A stretch of DNA of 64,000 bases. Origin: Hormiphora californensis (Eukaryota > Animalia > Ctenophora). Below the pieces are notes generated by a model. That model made no database searches, was not told the origin of the DNA, and saw only the letters and a program-made list of their open reading frames with translations. The position numbers and the translations under genes were made by a program. The DNA lies in contig CM035352.1 of NCBI GenBank assembly GCA_020137815.1, positions 3,720,001 to 3,784,000 on the forward strand, read 5' to 3'. Shown here piece after piece: positions 33,383 to 47,483 of the stretch (the stretch's first letter is position 1; every line of letters begins with the position of its first letter).

Positions 33383-34886
33383 TCAGAACTTCCTAGTTAG
33401 TGGCGGTGGGGGTGGTGGACCTGCTAGGAATTCATGATGCAGAGCCTCCTCGGCTGTTATCCGTGTGTTAGGATTAGGATCCAGACACCTACCCAGTAGA
33501 TTATACACGCTCTTATCAATAGGTTGGAGGGTACACACCTTTGTCTTGTCCTCTGCTGCCCCGGCCTCCAAGCACGTATCACACCGGGAGATATGGCTAC
33601 TAATCCGCAACCTCTCACACATGTGCTGAAGGTTGTACCCGACTACCTCCCTGGATAACACGACCTGTTTCCCAATCGCCTTTCCAGCTGCCACTATCAT
33701 GTCACTGCCGAGAAGGGTCATGATCTGGCAGAGAGATGTGAGGTCATCTGTAGCTTTGAAGAAGGGGTAACGCATGCTAACTAATGATAACATGATAACA
33801 CCCGCCGCCCAGATGTCCACACTGGTCGTTTGTTGAGGGTGTTTCATTAGCATTTCCGGGGATCTAAACCCGGGGGTACCGGCCCGTGAGGCATCCTGGG
33901 AGGGCTTCAAGAGGCATGTGTTACATATCTCGTTATCAGAGTGGGCACACTGTCGGACTTGTTTAGATTTATGGGACCCCCCTCCTGTTGCACGTTTTGT
34001 CAGACTACTAAAGAAACTCTTCTTCTTCTCTTGGGCCACCCTCGGACTGCGATCGCGTAGTACAGTGGGCCGATGAGATCTTGATAACGCATCTTGTTGC
34101 TGATTATTATCCTGCCCCTTCTCAGATCCTTCCTTCTTCTTCACTACATTCTCTTTATCCTCTGTTTGTTGCATGTCCTCAGCTAGCCCGAAATCCACCA
34201 GTAGGAATGTACCCTTCTCTCTATCATACAGGAAGTTAGAGGGTTTAATGTCACGGTGGATAACGTGGTGCCGGTGTACGTGGGCTAGGGCTTCAAATAG
34301 GGCCACCATGTACCTGCAGAGATAGAGGGTTGTATGAGGGGTGTCAGTATGTATGATAGACAAGTTTTAGACAAGTTTTAGACATTTATAAGGGGGATGA
34401 CCACAACAATGCTACATATATTTACCTTTGAATTTCAATCTGGTTGGCATCTTGGACAACCCTGAGAAACTTGGTGGTACTAAAGTATGGCAGGACTAGG
34501 ACAATGTTATCCTGGCACCTGATAATACACTTTATATCACATACATGATGTCGTCCACCCAGCCTCTTCAGATACTTGATCTCGTTGGTTATCCGCCACG
34601 AGGCTGAGGTAGGGATGATATACTTGAGTGCGAAGGATGTATCCACTGCGACATTTCTGGGCTTCCCGTGGAACACATAACTAAATGTTCCATCTCCAAG
34701 GATGTCAATAATATCAAAGTGTTTGTCGACGTCAGGGACACGTTTTAGGAGGGTTGTTATACAACTTTCAACGTCACTAGGTTGGTCAAGGTTTCGTTTT
34801 CTCTTCTTTCCGAGATCTGTTTTGAGGGGGTCCTGGGATGATTTGGACCTGGCGAGGGAGACTGCTTCGCTCCTATGGGATGACAT
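33383..34886 (-). CDS. CDC7: CDC7 kinase, 2 exons (34886-34426, 34313-33383)
   Basis: GDGTFSYV, ALKYIIPTS, HRDIKPSNFLY, LVDFGLA, CDC7-type insert then RAGTPGFRSPE, YPFFKATDD. Confidence 0.95.
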
Positions 34887-35221
34887 ACCTGCAGAGGGGT
34901 ATGAGGGTAAAAGCAGCAGTTGGAATTGTGAGGGTAAAAGCAGAAGTTAGAATTGTGAGGGAGAGAGGCATTGGGGAATGGGGGGGGGGGGGGGGGTGTT
35001 CGGCATAGGGGCAGTTAGTAAAACGAAGAAGTTATAAAAATAAAGTGAATGAATGAATCGTTTGTTTTGAAAAAATTGACAGAGAAATAATAGAAGGAGA
35101 CACATGCTTTCGTCCTGTTGTATCATAAACATATCTGTGCTCGCTAAAAGATCGAATCACAGACACTCAAACACACGTCACACACATAGACACAAACGTC
35201 AGTGTTCAACATTAGTCCAGT

Positions 35222-36508
35222 TCATTGAATATGACCACTACCACTGGGAGCACTATCATCAGGAGGTATCATGCCCCCTCCCACATGGGTCATGACCATT
35301 GAAGGTGCAAACCCCCCTGGAGGAGGAGGAGGAGGAGGTGGTGTTAGCGTTGTCAAGGTTACCGGGGGTGGTGGGGGTTGTTGAGGTTGTCCTGGTAACG
35401 AATATACCGCACGTGCAGGAAGATCAGCCCCATTTTTAGCGAGTGCATCAGCCTTCTCATTTCCTTGAACCCCCGAGTGTCCCTTGACCTTCACCCACCG
35501 CACCTCAATATAGTGCTGTAACTGATCCAATAAGACCCACAAATCTTGGTGTTTCACCGGCTGTCTGTTGCTAGCCTTCCACCCGTTATTCTTCCATCTT
35601 GTCATCCATTCAGTAGCTGCCTTGATGACGTAATGGGAGTCCGTCCTAATTTCAACCACGGTGAACCCTGACTGTAGGGCAGTCTGTAGCCCCCTTATAG
35701 CAGCCCAGATCTCGGCCCTTTGGTTGGTTTGTTCGCCCCACAACCTCTCTGTTATGTTCCTAGCATCACCATCTCCCCACCACACCCCACACCCAGCCTT
35801 CCTGGTGACTGGATCTTGGTTGTTATTGCAACACCCATCCACGTATATCACCCTGACACCGTCCCTGGTCACCACCTCACCCTCCCTCTCTCGCGTGGGC
35901 AGGGGTTTCTCTTTTGGAGGTGGTTTAAACCGCTTCCTCCCGGGCGCCATATCTCTCTCCAACCTCTCCCCCTGACCATCTAGCAGCTCCATTATCTCCT
36001 GCTCGAACTGGGTTGAGGAATAGCTAGGAGCAGGCCCCACCGCCACCCCGGCACTTCCTGGTAGGCTCATCTTGGGGACCCTCTCGCTCCTCCTGATCTC
36101 AGGAACGGCATGTGGTTGCGATAGGTGGTCGTGATAATCTGCCGCTGCTGCCGCTTCCAAGTTATCAAAAGCGGAGTTACAGAACTGTGACACCACATCA
36201 GGGTCATTCTGTCCGCCCTTGATTAGTCGCACATAGGTTTCTGTGGCCTTTTCCTCCAGTTTCCGGACCAAATCCTCTGTGTTGGTTGTATGAAAGTAGT
36301 GGGTCACCGCATCGCTGTACCTTTCAAATCTCCGGAAGGCAGGTTTAGTGAAGGACCTGATTTGGACCAGAACATCGTCATAATTTGTGTAGATGCCAGG
36401 CTTCCACCCAGCGGTTACCGCGAAAAATACCGGACCTCCAGAGGGGTTCTTTCGTTTCGGCATGGTCCTAGCAGTTGATGTAGTGGAGATAAGGGCTCGG
36501 CGTATCAT
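35222..36508 (-). CDS. RNASEH1: Ribonuclease H1 (hybrid-binding domain plus RNase H domain), two in-frame AUGs
   Basis: FFAVTAGWKPGIY (HBD); YVDGCCNNN, QTNQRAEI, TDSHY, WVKVKGHSGVQGNEKADALA. Confidence 0.95.
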   Translation of the reverse strand: MIRRALISTTSTARTMPKRKNPSGGPVFFAVTAGWKPGIYTNYDDVLVQIRSFTKPAFRRFERYSDAVTHYFHTTNTEDLVRKLEEKATETYVRLIKGGQNDPDVVSQFCNSAFDNLEAAAAADYHDHLSQPHAVPEIRRSERVPKMSLPGSAGVAVGPAPSYSSTQFEQEIMELLDGQGERLERDMAPGRKRFKPPPKEKPLPTREREGEVVTRDGVRVIYVDGCCNNNQDPVTRKAGCGVWWGDGDARNITERLWGEQTNQRAEIWAAIRGLQTALQSGFTVVEIRTDSHYVIKAATEWMTRWKNNGWKASNRQPVKHQDLWVLLDQLQHYIEVRWVKVKGHSGVQGNEKADALAKNGADLPARAVYSLPGQPQQPPPPPVTLTTLTPPPPPPPPGGFAPSMVMTHVGGGMIPPDDSAPSGSGHIQ

Positions 36509-36515
36509 TAGACAT
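36468..36515 (-). promoter_or_regulatory. 15-codon uORF overlapping the first AUG of RNASEH1
   Basis: ATG at 36515, out of frame, 7 nt upstream of AUG1; TAG ends 4 nt before AUG2 (36463). Confidence 0.65.
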
Positions 36516-36685
36516 TATATGCTAGAGGGTGGAGAATAACATGGGTTTAGTGGATACTATCCATAAGATATTGTACGGGGTCTCGGAGAGATCAAGACAA
36601 GTGATTCAGGTTTGTAAAAAATGTAACGGCGACTACGGAAATAAATTAGAAACTCTAGCGTACTAAAAACAATATTAATCTCGCT

Positions 36686-37287
36686 CTACAAGCTCATGCC
36701 AGCTGAATCCTGGGCGGCCATTTGCTCTTGTCGGTGTCGTTGCATAATTGTTTGGTTGACTACCTTTAGTCCGTCCTGAAACCGGTCCATACACTTTGCG
36801 AGGCATTGTCTCTCTCCGTTTCCTGGAAAATTGGGAATGTAGGAGGAGGGGGAGGAGAGAGAGATAAAGAATCCAACGAATCAGAAAGAAGTGGGGGAGA
36901 GGTAAAGTCTTACCGAGGGGAGATGAAGCAGGTTTATAGATACACCTTTCAAAACATTTAGAGTTGATGTTCTTGATAATTTCTAGCTGTGTCTGAATCT
37001 GCACCATCTTTTCAATCTCTTGAACTGCCTGATGAGGTAATAGTTTTACAAACAAACAAACAAACAAACAAACAAACAAACAAACAAACAAACAAACAAA
37101 CAAACAAACGAATAAACAAACAAACAAACGAACAAACAAACAAACAAACAAATAAACAAAGTCAAAGAGAGAAACTCACTAACTGCACGTGTACACTAAC
37201 CTGTTGTAATTTCACTGCATCAGATGGATGAAGAGAGGAGGTCCCCGAGGCGCTCTGACCAAACTCGTTATATTGCTCTGAGTTCAT
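36686..37287 (-). CDS. TIMM13: Small Tim chaperone, Tim13-like, 3 exons (37287-37201, 37028-36914, 36822-36686)
   Basis: Twin CX3C: KCFERCIYKP...ERQCLAKCMDRF. Confidence 0.85.
37048..37160. repeat. (CAAA)n microsatellite filling most of TIMM13 intron 1
   Basis: Direct inspection. Confidence 0.95.
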
Positions 37288-37455
37288 CTTCAACTACTAG
37301 AAACCATCGGGATGTTAGTTAGTTATTAGTATAGGGAAAAGGGGGGTTGGGGTCTAAAAAGTCAACTTCAGGTTTTGCTTGGTTTAACTAAGAACAAAAA
37401 CGTCAAGTAAAGCGAACCCCATTCCAGGCGTAATCTTAATAAATTAATGATGTCG

Positions 37456-39873
37456 TTAAAACCATAATAAAAAGTTCACAGTGAGGCGGCACCAAATACC
37501 GAGATCAGAGAGCTCAAATAAAAAGTTCTGTAAAACAACTAGTCGCCATTTAGTCCTTTCAATCTCTTCCTCTTTCACCTCATCTTTCACTTCCAGTCCC
37601 TCGTCAATCTCTTCCTCAAGACCTTCCAGTCCCTGATCATCACCCTCTGCACCAACCTCCTCTCCCTCCTCTTTCACTGCTCCAATCCCCTCCGCTTCCA
37701 ACCTCTTCTTCTCCTTGAACTTCTCCATCGCATCCAAGCTTCCTCTTCTCTCTCACCGTCATAAGAGGCTCCATTCCCAGCAACAATCGGAAATGATTCT
37801 TCTCCTCCTCCGTCACGTATGACTTGATATTATTTTCCGTGGAGTAGATACAAATCCAAAAGTCAGGGTCGTAGCCCCTCGGCGGGCAGGTGGAAGACTA
37901 TGATCATGGTTGGGATGCCCATCAGTTTGTCTGTCAGACCGGGCGTCGTAAGGGTGTGTTTTGGGACACCATGCTGCGCTCAACGCTCTCTCCATGTCCT
38001 CCCTACACACGGTGAAGAGTCGAGAACCGAGGAACTGGGCAGAGTAGTGGATACCAGACTGTACAAGCCGGTAGGGACAATTGCTGAAGGATGGTTTGCA
38101 GTAGCTGAACAGCTTGAGACCGCAATTGATGATTTTAATTCGTTTTTCATTATTCTGGATGATGTCCCGTATCCTCCTGCACGCAACGCTCAGGTTTCTC
38201 TGCTTCGTGTTCTCGGAAGACCTGGCGAAAATGTTATCAAATGGAAACTCATCCTTCACGCTGTACCACTCCTTTATAGGGACAAAAGCATCTGCGTCCT
38301 TGTCCAAAAACATGTAGGGGTCCTCCCTGAAACCGCTGTATTTTTTGAACTTGAGGTTATCTACTAGGAGGTTGGTGTTGGTGTGGATGGTATCTTTCTT
38401 CTCCTCCTCCTTGACCTCCTCTTCTCCCTCTCCAACTTCCGCGATCTCCGCCTCCTCCCCATCTTCCTCCTTCTTTCCTTCAACACCATCTTTCTCCTTC
38501 CTTCCTTCAACACCATCTTCTTCCTTCACCTCCTCCTCCTCCTTCTTCTCTTGCCCCTCTTCTTTGACCTCTGTTGGTTTCCTCTCAATAACACAGATGA
38601 AGAAGCCTCCAGTATTTTGGAGGTGCGGGTAGACCCTCATACAGTGCTGCATATTGTGCTCCTCAGCGCCATCTGGGAACATGGTGGGGTTGATCGCCTT
38701 GAGATGCTTCTCATCAACATCCTCAAACCTATCATACCAAGTTCCACTGGAATGCAACACCCTCCACTTGGTGAGACCTGGGACCCGCTTGAGCTCAGGT
38801 AACAAATCGTCTGTAGGAAGGAGTCTGAAGGCAGACCTGTTCTTCAGACAGCTAAGGACGGTAGCCTCGTTCTCAAGAGGGTTCAGGGAGCAGGTTGAGT
38901 AGACGATTCTTCCACCTTCGGCCAACATGTCCATTGCCCTCAGAAGGATTCTCCGTTGTAGTTTGTGGATGCCGATAGCTTTATACTGGTCCCACTTTTT
39001 CCAGATGGCATAGTTTTTCCGCATCGTTCCATCCCCTGAACAAGGAACATCACACAAAATCCTGTCATACTTCATGTTCTCCAACTGGCCCTCTGAGTTG
39101 TAAACCTTCAAATTGGGGAACCTCGTCGCATCCTCATTGGTGATCATAAAGGCCAGAGAGTTGAGACGTTTCGTTTGGGTGGACAGCATGTAACATCTCT
39201 TGTTATCCCCATCGTTAGCAATGACTAGTCCGGTGGGACTGGGACCATCTGCGTGAAGTGCCTCCAACAACTGTATAGTCTTACTCCCCGGTGCAGCACA
39301 CATGTCCAGAACGGTATGATGAGACTTGACATCCAGACACAAGGGTGGAATCATACTAACAGCCTCCTGCCGGGCAATGCTCCCCCTCTCAACCTCACTG
39401 ATCATGAATTGGTGAAGTTCAAAGAGCTGTTCACACTTCCGCAACATGGGTCGGGTCATGTTCATCTGCCAAGCGAGCCCATTTGGGTACCATGGCAACA
39501 ACTCTGGTTTAACTTCCACCCCCTCAACTTTTAGACCTTCCAACTTTGAAAAGTACTGCTCTTTCATCAAGTTGTTTAGCATGGTACAATCACCCCGGGC
39601 GTCGACAACTCGGAAAGTAGACGGAAGGTCTTTTCTCAGATACTCCATGAACGTGTCCCATTCATCTTCTGGGATAATACCAAGGGCTTTATAGTACGCT
39701 TCAAAGGCTGCATTTTCTTTAGGGATCTCTTTCCAGTCCCCTGTTACACCCCTTGTGTCGGGCCGCGGTTGTTTTCGTTTTCGCGTTTTATCGTCCAGAT
39801 ATTCACTCCGCCTCTTCCAGGAACGCTTCTTAGCCTTGTCACCTCGACCACGGCCAGCTGAGTCTGCGAGCAT
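37456..39873 (-). CDS. NSUN2: tRNA m5C methyltransferase NSUN2/Trm4; C-terminal frameshifts
   Basis: RQEAVSMIPP, VLDMCAAPGSKT, DRILCDVPCSGDGTMRKN, YSTCSLNPLENE, PHLQNTGGFF; frame breaks below ~37990, so the true stop is uncertain. Confidence 0.93.
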
Positions 39874-40285
39874 ACTACGTGCTAGAATGGTATTAGATTG
39901 TTAGATAAGTTCAGATGACTAGATAAAGAAGAGCTAAAGGAGAGAGCTGGGGAGGAGATTTAGATACGGGTGGGTAGCTAAAGAAGGATGTTATTAGATA
40001 TTTCCGGCAATAGAAAGATAAAATTAATATATGTATTTAAATTCTCAAGAAAATACCTCAATATCTGACACACATCGTACAACAACTGAATTACAAAAAA
40101 CATTAACTTTCATAATTTACAAATTACCATTTCTATTGATTTACACACAACGATATCACAAAATATTTTATTGTCTGGAGGCTGCGTGTCTGAACAAGTC
40201 AAGATAAACTTGGTAAAAGGGATCATTTTAAAGGTGAGAAACCCAATCCAAGCTAAGAGGGCGCTATCTTATTTTGGGAGAGATC

Positions 40286-41484
40286 TCAGCTGAAGAGTTG
40301 TTCCACATTTTCTAATGGCACGCCCCGTGTCTCAGGTAGTCGGAAGTAGAAGATGAGCCAGCCCACTATGGTGACACAGGTATACATCCAAAATGCACCG
40401 TACCTGAAACATTGAATGGTAAGGGGGGGGGGGTGGGTGGTGGCTGGCGTGGGATTAAATGTACCTGAAAGATTGGATTGGAAGGGGTGGCTGAAATGTG
40501 GGGGGGGGGGGATAAATGGTAAGGGTTGGCTGGTTTGGAATGGGGTAATGGGTATGGGTAGCGGATGTATCACCACATTTGTCGGGTGTGAAGGGTCCAC
40601 TAGATACTATCGAGGCCAATATAATTCTAGTGGTAAGGACATGTACTTGGTTAGTAATCGGGTGAGATCTAGGAAGGTGAAGGCTATCAGCAAATTGAAC
40701 ATCCAGTTGGTGAGGGTGGAGAGGGAGATGGCGTAACTCCGGACCCACATTGGGTATATCTCAGAGTTGATCGTCCATGCCAGGGTCCCAATACCTAGGA
40801 AAAGAGGGAGTTTCAACAAGCTGGACCGCGAAAAGATGATTTGTTGTGGATACCTTCACGCTTAGCTTCATTTTACAAAAGAAAATGTAACTTTTCATGG
40901 TTACCATGGTTAGTAACCATGGTAACCATGAAAAGTAACCATTGGTTACCTACCAGTTGCGAACATGGCAATATAAAACACCATAGCAGCTATTAGGGTC
41001 CAACTGTAGGGGCTATAACACACATCATCAGTCCGGTAGTAGGTTGGGTCGGTGCAGTTATCAGCGGCTGTCGGGATGAAGCACCTTCCCATCTCAGATC
41101 TCAGGAAGGGATAGTGGGTCATAATACGGAGGCGGTAAAACTACCAAACACCCTCAGGCACAACACGTATATATGGGTTTGAGTTTAGTAGGTGTGGATT
41201 ATCATGACGTCATGTTGATGGAAATGTAAGACCCTGTTTCCCCCAGCTACACCGATTTTCTAACCTATGGCTAGCCATGGCTTCTTCCCCCCAACTCCCA
41301 AGTTTTCTTACCGGGTAGGTGCACAGAAGGCACACCCATCCACTGCAACACATGTGTCACAATTGGTTATCCCACCGCCACACGTACTGTTCGTGGGGTC
41401 TGATGGGGCTGTGGTGGCGCCGATTGCGTAGTACGCACCACCCAACAGTGACAAACCTGGAGGGAGAGAGAGATAGATAGAGAG

Positions 41485-41537
<53 letters not shown>

Positions 41538-43015
41538 GAGAGAGAGAGAGAGAGAGGGGGGGGGAATACATGGCACAAACATGTCTTACCTACAATGGTA
41601 CCAAGGAGGGTGGACAACAGGAGACGTCTCCGTGGCAACCGCTCCACAATTACCATGGAAACGAGCGCGAATGCAGAATTCATAAAGGATGGAATACACG
41701 ACAACCAAATAGCCTGTGTGTTATCCTTTACCCCTGCCATTTTGATCATGGTGGTGCTGTAGTACATGACGGTGTTGATACCGCCCAGCTGCTGGAAGGC
41801 TTGCAAGGCACAACCAATGGCAATGGCCCGCATTACAGGGACGTTTTGTAACACCTGGAGGGGACGGGGGTTTTAAAACATCTCTCCCGTCCTGATCTCA
41901 TGGAGAAGTGAATATTAAGACCTTTTGGCCCGGCACCCTGACCTAATATAATAATAACCGAACGAATAGAAATTCTAACCTGTCGAGCGAGGTGAATGAA
42001 TCCATGGCTACTGTACTTAGTTTCTGCCTCTATCGTTTGGGATATCTCTCGTAGCTCCTTCTCTACATTAGTACTACCCGGATATCTTTTGAAGGACCTC
42101 CTCAGCCTCTTTTACCCTTCCCTTCTGGATCTGAATGTAATGAAGATTCGAATTATGGAAAAGGGGATTTGGAGGAAAAAAAAAACTTAACACAACCGTG
42201 TCAACACTCAACTACTAAAAACTGAAGTTCATTAACTCACCAGATATCTGGGACTCTCAGGCAAGAGAAACATGCCAATACCCATGACCACACTGGGGAG
42301 GCACAGCAGCACCCAACATCCACCTCCAACCCTCTGACACCCCGCTAAGGGCCCCCGCCACTAAACTTGATATGAACTGGACCGGTAGTTATTGTAGCCC
42401 CGAATGCAGTCACTAACTTGCCTCGATAGACCGCGGGGCATGATTCTGCGAATGAACGCAGGGGTAACCATCGAGGAAAGACCGACACCGAGACCCAAGA
42501 CCACCCTCCCCACCAGGAGTACTGTGTATGAGTGAGCTAGGAAGAGAATGGTAGAGCCTGATGTGAAGAAAACAGATGCTAGGATAATTCGTTGGCTTCC
42601 GGCCAAGTTTAGCGCTGGTTACTCCTCCGAGAATGGCTCCCAGGGCGGCTGCACCCACCGCAATTCCAACAACCCACTCCTCCTGATCCGCGGTGAGGTT
42701 GAACTTCCGGCTGGGGAAGAAGGGGAGCACGTTATTGGGGTGTCTATTTTATCAAGATCAGGGGGATGGGGGATTAAATTTTTATACAACTGTATCAGTT
42801 TGACAAATTCCTCAACTCTACCTTTATCAGGACAAGGGCACCGCTCACCACCCCGGTATCATATCCGAAGAGGAAGCCCCCAATTGTAGCAACACCACAC
42901 AGTAACACCACGAAGAGCGTTCAATCCGTGGCTGGTCACTATCCTTCCTTAAAAGTGGTTCTTCGTCTCCCTGTGTCATCCCTGCTATCTCTTCACTACT
43001 GCTGCTGACAGTCAT
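40286..43015 (-). CDS. SLC2A13: Sugar porter MFS, proton myo-inositol cotransporter-like; multi-exon with frameshifts
   Basis: [33 protein letters not shown], Cys-rich loop [32 protein letters not shown]. Confidence 0.85.
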
Positions 43016-43299
43016 CTCAAGAGAGTCAGCGCTGTATATCAGATTCCATGACACACTCACATAAAACATGACTAGAAGAGAGGAACGTATTGAAAAGGGG
43101 GGGGGGGGGTAACAAATGCAAAGAATTCATTTTTATTTTGTTTATAACTGAACTGTGAATCACTTATAAAAATCCTTAAAAATGTACATTTTAAACAAGA
43201 CCAGCACAAAAACTGTCTTTGTGTGATCAGGTCGTATGACATCTAAAACAATACGAAGAGTACAACATAAAACACAAATTGTCCCAGAAACATCACACA

Positions 43300-43965
43300 T
43301 CACTCCTGCGGTGGGTTGTGTCCTTTGTACTCCTGACCGATGACCCACCCCAACATTTCCATCCTATCATGTCCAAAGAACTTCTCCCTTCGTCCCGTCA
43401 CCGGATGGTCCACTGTGAACCAAGGAGCCCCAAAACATTTGCTTTCCAAAGCCTCAGTAGTATTGTCGATCAACTGCTGTCTCGCCTCACCTCCCTTACT
43501 CAACTCAAACAGTCCCTCCGGATCTGGGACACCCGCTGCAGCCGCGAAACTTCTTACATTGTCACTATCGGTGATATCAATGTCCCGGCTGTAGAGCCCC
43601 AGCCAGGCTTGTCGAGTCATCTCCTCCAGACATTCCGGGTGGTAGACTTGGCATGCTGCCAGAGCTTTCAACGTTGGCAGAGACCCCCGGATAAAAACAG
43701 TCTGGGCGAAGTTAGCCACGGGTTTGTAGGGTAGATCCATCATTTCGCCGGCCCTCTGAACGTCCCGAGCGAGCATTGATCCTTTAGATGGGTTCATCCC
43801 GGGTGGTGTGTTTCCACTTTCCTTCATGATTTTCCCCAAGTTCATTGGTCGCAGTTGGAGGTCTAGGTTCCAGGGTTTCTGGTAACGGCACAAGCTCTCA
43901 AAGCCAAACCATGCGTACGGTGAGAGGATGTCATAGAAAAACTTTACTTGCGTTCTAACGGCCAT
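43300..43965 (-). CDS. GSTK1: Glutathione S-transferase kappa (DsbA-like)
   Basis: FFYDILSPYAWFGFE, IMKESGNTPP, CFGAPW, FFGHDRME. Confidence 0.95.
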   Translation of the reverse strand: MAVRTQVKFFYDILSPYAWFGFESLCRYQKPWNLDLQLRPMNLGKIMKESGNTPPGMNPSKGSMLARDVQRAGEMMDLPYKPVANFAQTVFIRGSLPTLKALAACQVYHPECLEEMTRQAWLGLYSRDIDITDSDNVRSFAAAAGVPDPEGLFELSKGGEARQQLIDNTTEALESKCFGAPWFTVDHPVTGRREKFFGHDRMEMLGWVIGQEYKGHNPPQE

Positions 43966-44140
43966 CTTCCTATTCGAAAGTTAGGTTGAAGTAGAAATGG
44001 TAGTAAGGAGTTAAATAGACTACTAAAAAACAATGGGTTAGTCAATTTTAATTTTCTAATGTAGGGCTAAAAATGCTTTTGAATTCGGCGGAATGCTATT
44101 ACTAAAAAGTGCTAATGAAATTGTATGCTTTGTATTTTAA

Positions 44141-45172
44141 TTAAATCTGATAATTACAGCCGGTGATTTTGTTGAAGAATAGTCGATCCAGGGTGACGAT
44201 AACAACAGATAAAATGATAAGAATGGCACCGCCCACACTCAATAATTCCAGAGGCTCGCTGTGAACCAAAACTTGAATCAGATAAGCTGCCACGATATCG
44301 AAATTCTTTAGCAGCACGCCCGGCCCAGACTTTTCTAGCATTAGCCCTCGGTTAAGAAGAATCAATGAAACTGCCATCCCCACGCCAACGCAGACCAAAT
44401 AAAAACGATTTTCCAAGCACCCGGGTAGCACAAAGGGATCCTTGAAAGCCAATTGGAGTATCACTCCATTAACTACAAAAAGGAGCGAATTAATGGTACT
44501 GATTGTCAGAGTGCTGACAGTGTTAGCGCCTACTTTACGCATAAAGCAATACGCTAGACCAAGGACAATGCATGAGCTAAAGGGCAACAACGGGAAGAGT
44601 GGGTGGTAGGATTTTGTAACTTCTGGTGCTCCAAAAATGAAAGTGGGCTTGAGGATTAGCACAACGCCCGTGAGACTGAGGATTAGGGACAGAATGGTGA
44701 AGCCGCTGATCTTTTCGCCCCACAAAAGCCGTGAAAATATGGCTGCAAATACTGCTACCGGTGATATCAGAGCTTGCACATCACCAATTTCCATTTTTCT
44801 GTACGATAATAGACAGAACACTCCTGTAACAGACCCGATGACCACCCTAGGGATGATATATTTGGCTTTCCCGTGTAAAGAAGTTGGGGTTTCCAGGGCG
44901 AAAAGGGCCGCTGGAACGAGGATGGTGAGAGCTGATGAAAACATGATCACACAGAACTCCCCAACAGGAACTGCTGAAGCTTGTTTGATAAAGGAGGCAC
45001 AGATAACTGTAAGGGAGCCAGATACTAGGATCATTAGTTTCCCTTCCAGGGCATTCAACAATCGAACGAATTTGTTGGTTTGGGTCTTTTGTGCTGGATC
45101 ATGAGCTGTAGTTTGTTCCTGATCCTCGTTTTGGTGAAGCTCAATAACCGGTTCATATTTAGTAGAGCTCAT
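44141..45172 (-). CDS. SLC35G/EamA drug-metabolite transporter family protein
   Basis: 343 aa, ~10 hydrophobic segments; IGDVQAL, LWGEKI, GVVLILKPTFIFG, LEKSGP, LSVGGAILI. Confidence 0.85.
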   Translation of the reverse strand: MSSTKYEPVIELHQNEDQEQTTAHDPAQKTQTNKFVRLLNALEGKLMILVSGSLTVICASFIKQASAVPVGEFCVIMFSSALTILVPAALFALETPTSLHGKAKYIIPRVVIGSVTGVFCLLSYRKMEIGDVQALISPVAVFAAIFSRLLWGEKISGFTILSLILSLTGVVLILKPTFIFGAPEVTKSYHPLFPLLPFSSCIVLGLAYCFMRKVGANTVSTLTISTINSLLFVVNGVILQLAFKDPFVLPGCLENRFYLVCVGVGMAVSLILLNRGLMLEKSGPGVLLKNFDIVAAYLIQVLVHSEPLELLSVGGAILIILSVVIVTLDRLFFNKITGCNYQI

Positions 45173-45575
45173 AACAAAGCGTATTCACTAGTTCACTGTG
45201 CATTCCCTACGTAAATGCTGCGGAGAACCCATGTTTTACCAAATTTAGAAAGGAGTTAACTTTGAACGAAACTTGAAACACAGAATATATTTTCCTGTCT
45301 ATCCCCTAGCTAGTAGATTATATAGAGGGTAGGGGCGGGGGAGGTTGGTTGGTAGTCAAAATAAACACAGCTGATTTACAAGTTAGAATTTGTATTATAA
45401 TTGTCAACAAATAGTGCAACAATGTTCTACATAATACGAAGCTCCGATCTCCAGCGGAGACACAAAAAACACACATTTCATATCCTACCCACTCTCTTTG
45501 TCTCTCCAATACCTTATACTGCAGGTGCGGTGTAATAATTGGTAACCTCCGCATGTTATGATGTACACGAGCTCT

Positions 45576-47044
<1,469 letters not shown>

Positions 47045-47358
47045 GGCTATTCAGATGGAGGGGGGTTAGGGTAGGAGATAGAAATTAGAAAGGTGGTCAG
47101 TGGAAGTCTAAAAAAGATGGCCGCATATAAAAATCGTAATAAATTATCTCGCAATTCCATGCAACCTTCACCTAACCCAGACCTAACCCAACCTTCTTCA
47201 GTCGCTATCTAAATACTTTCTAATTTCTATTGTCCCGTTCGTACCGCTCTTTTCAGTTCATGTAACGTAAGAGGTCCTATGAGACTTAATCCCTTTTTCG
47301 CCGTCATAAACTTTTTGTACACCGCTTGTAAATCCGTTCTGCTGTACTGTAAAAACAG

Positions 47359-47483
47359 ATCTCACTGGCCCCGATTGATTCCCTTGATGTGTTTCCTAGG
47401 ATCTCACTGGCCCCGATTGATTCCCTTGATTTGTTTCCTAGGATCTCACTGGCCCCGATTGATTCCCTTGATGTGTTTCCTAG
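47359..47483 (-). repeat. 42-bp unit containing the MRPL19 C-terminus and stop codon, 3 copies
   Basis: gatctcactggccccgattgattcccttgat(g/t)tgtttcctag x3. Confidence 0.93.

Noticed and set aside
35222-36508. RNase H as part of a retrotransposon
   Set aside because: It has the cellular hybrid-binding domain and targeting peptide, with no RT, integrase or LTRs nearby.
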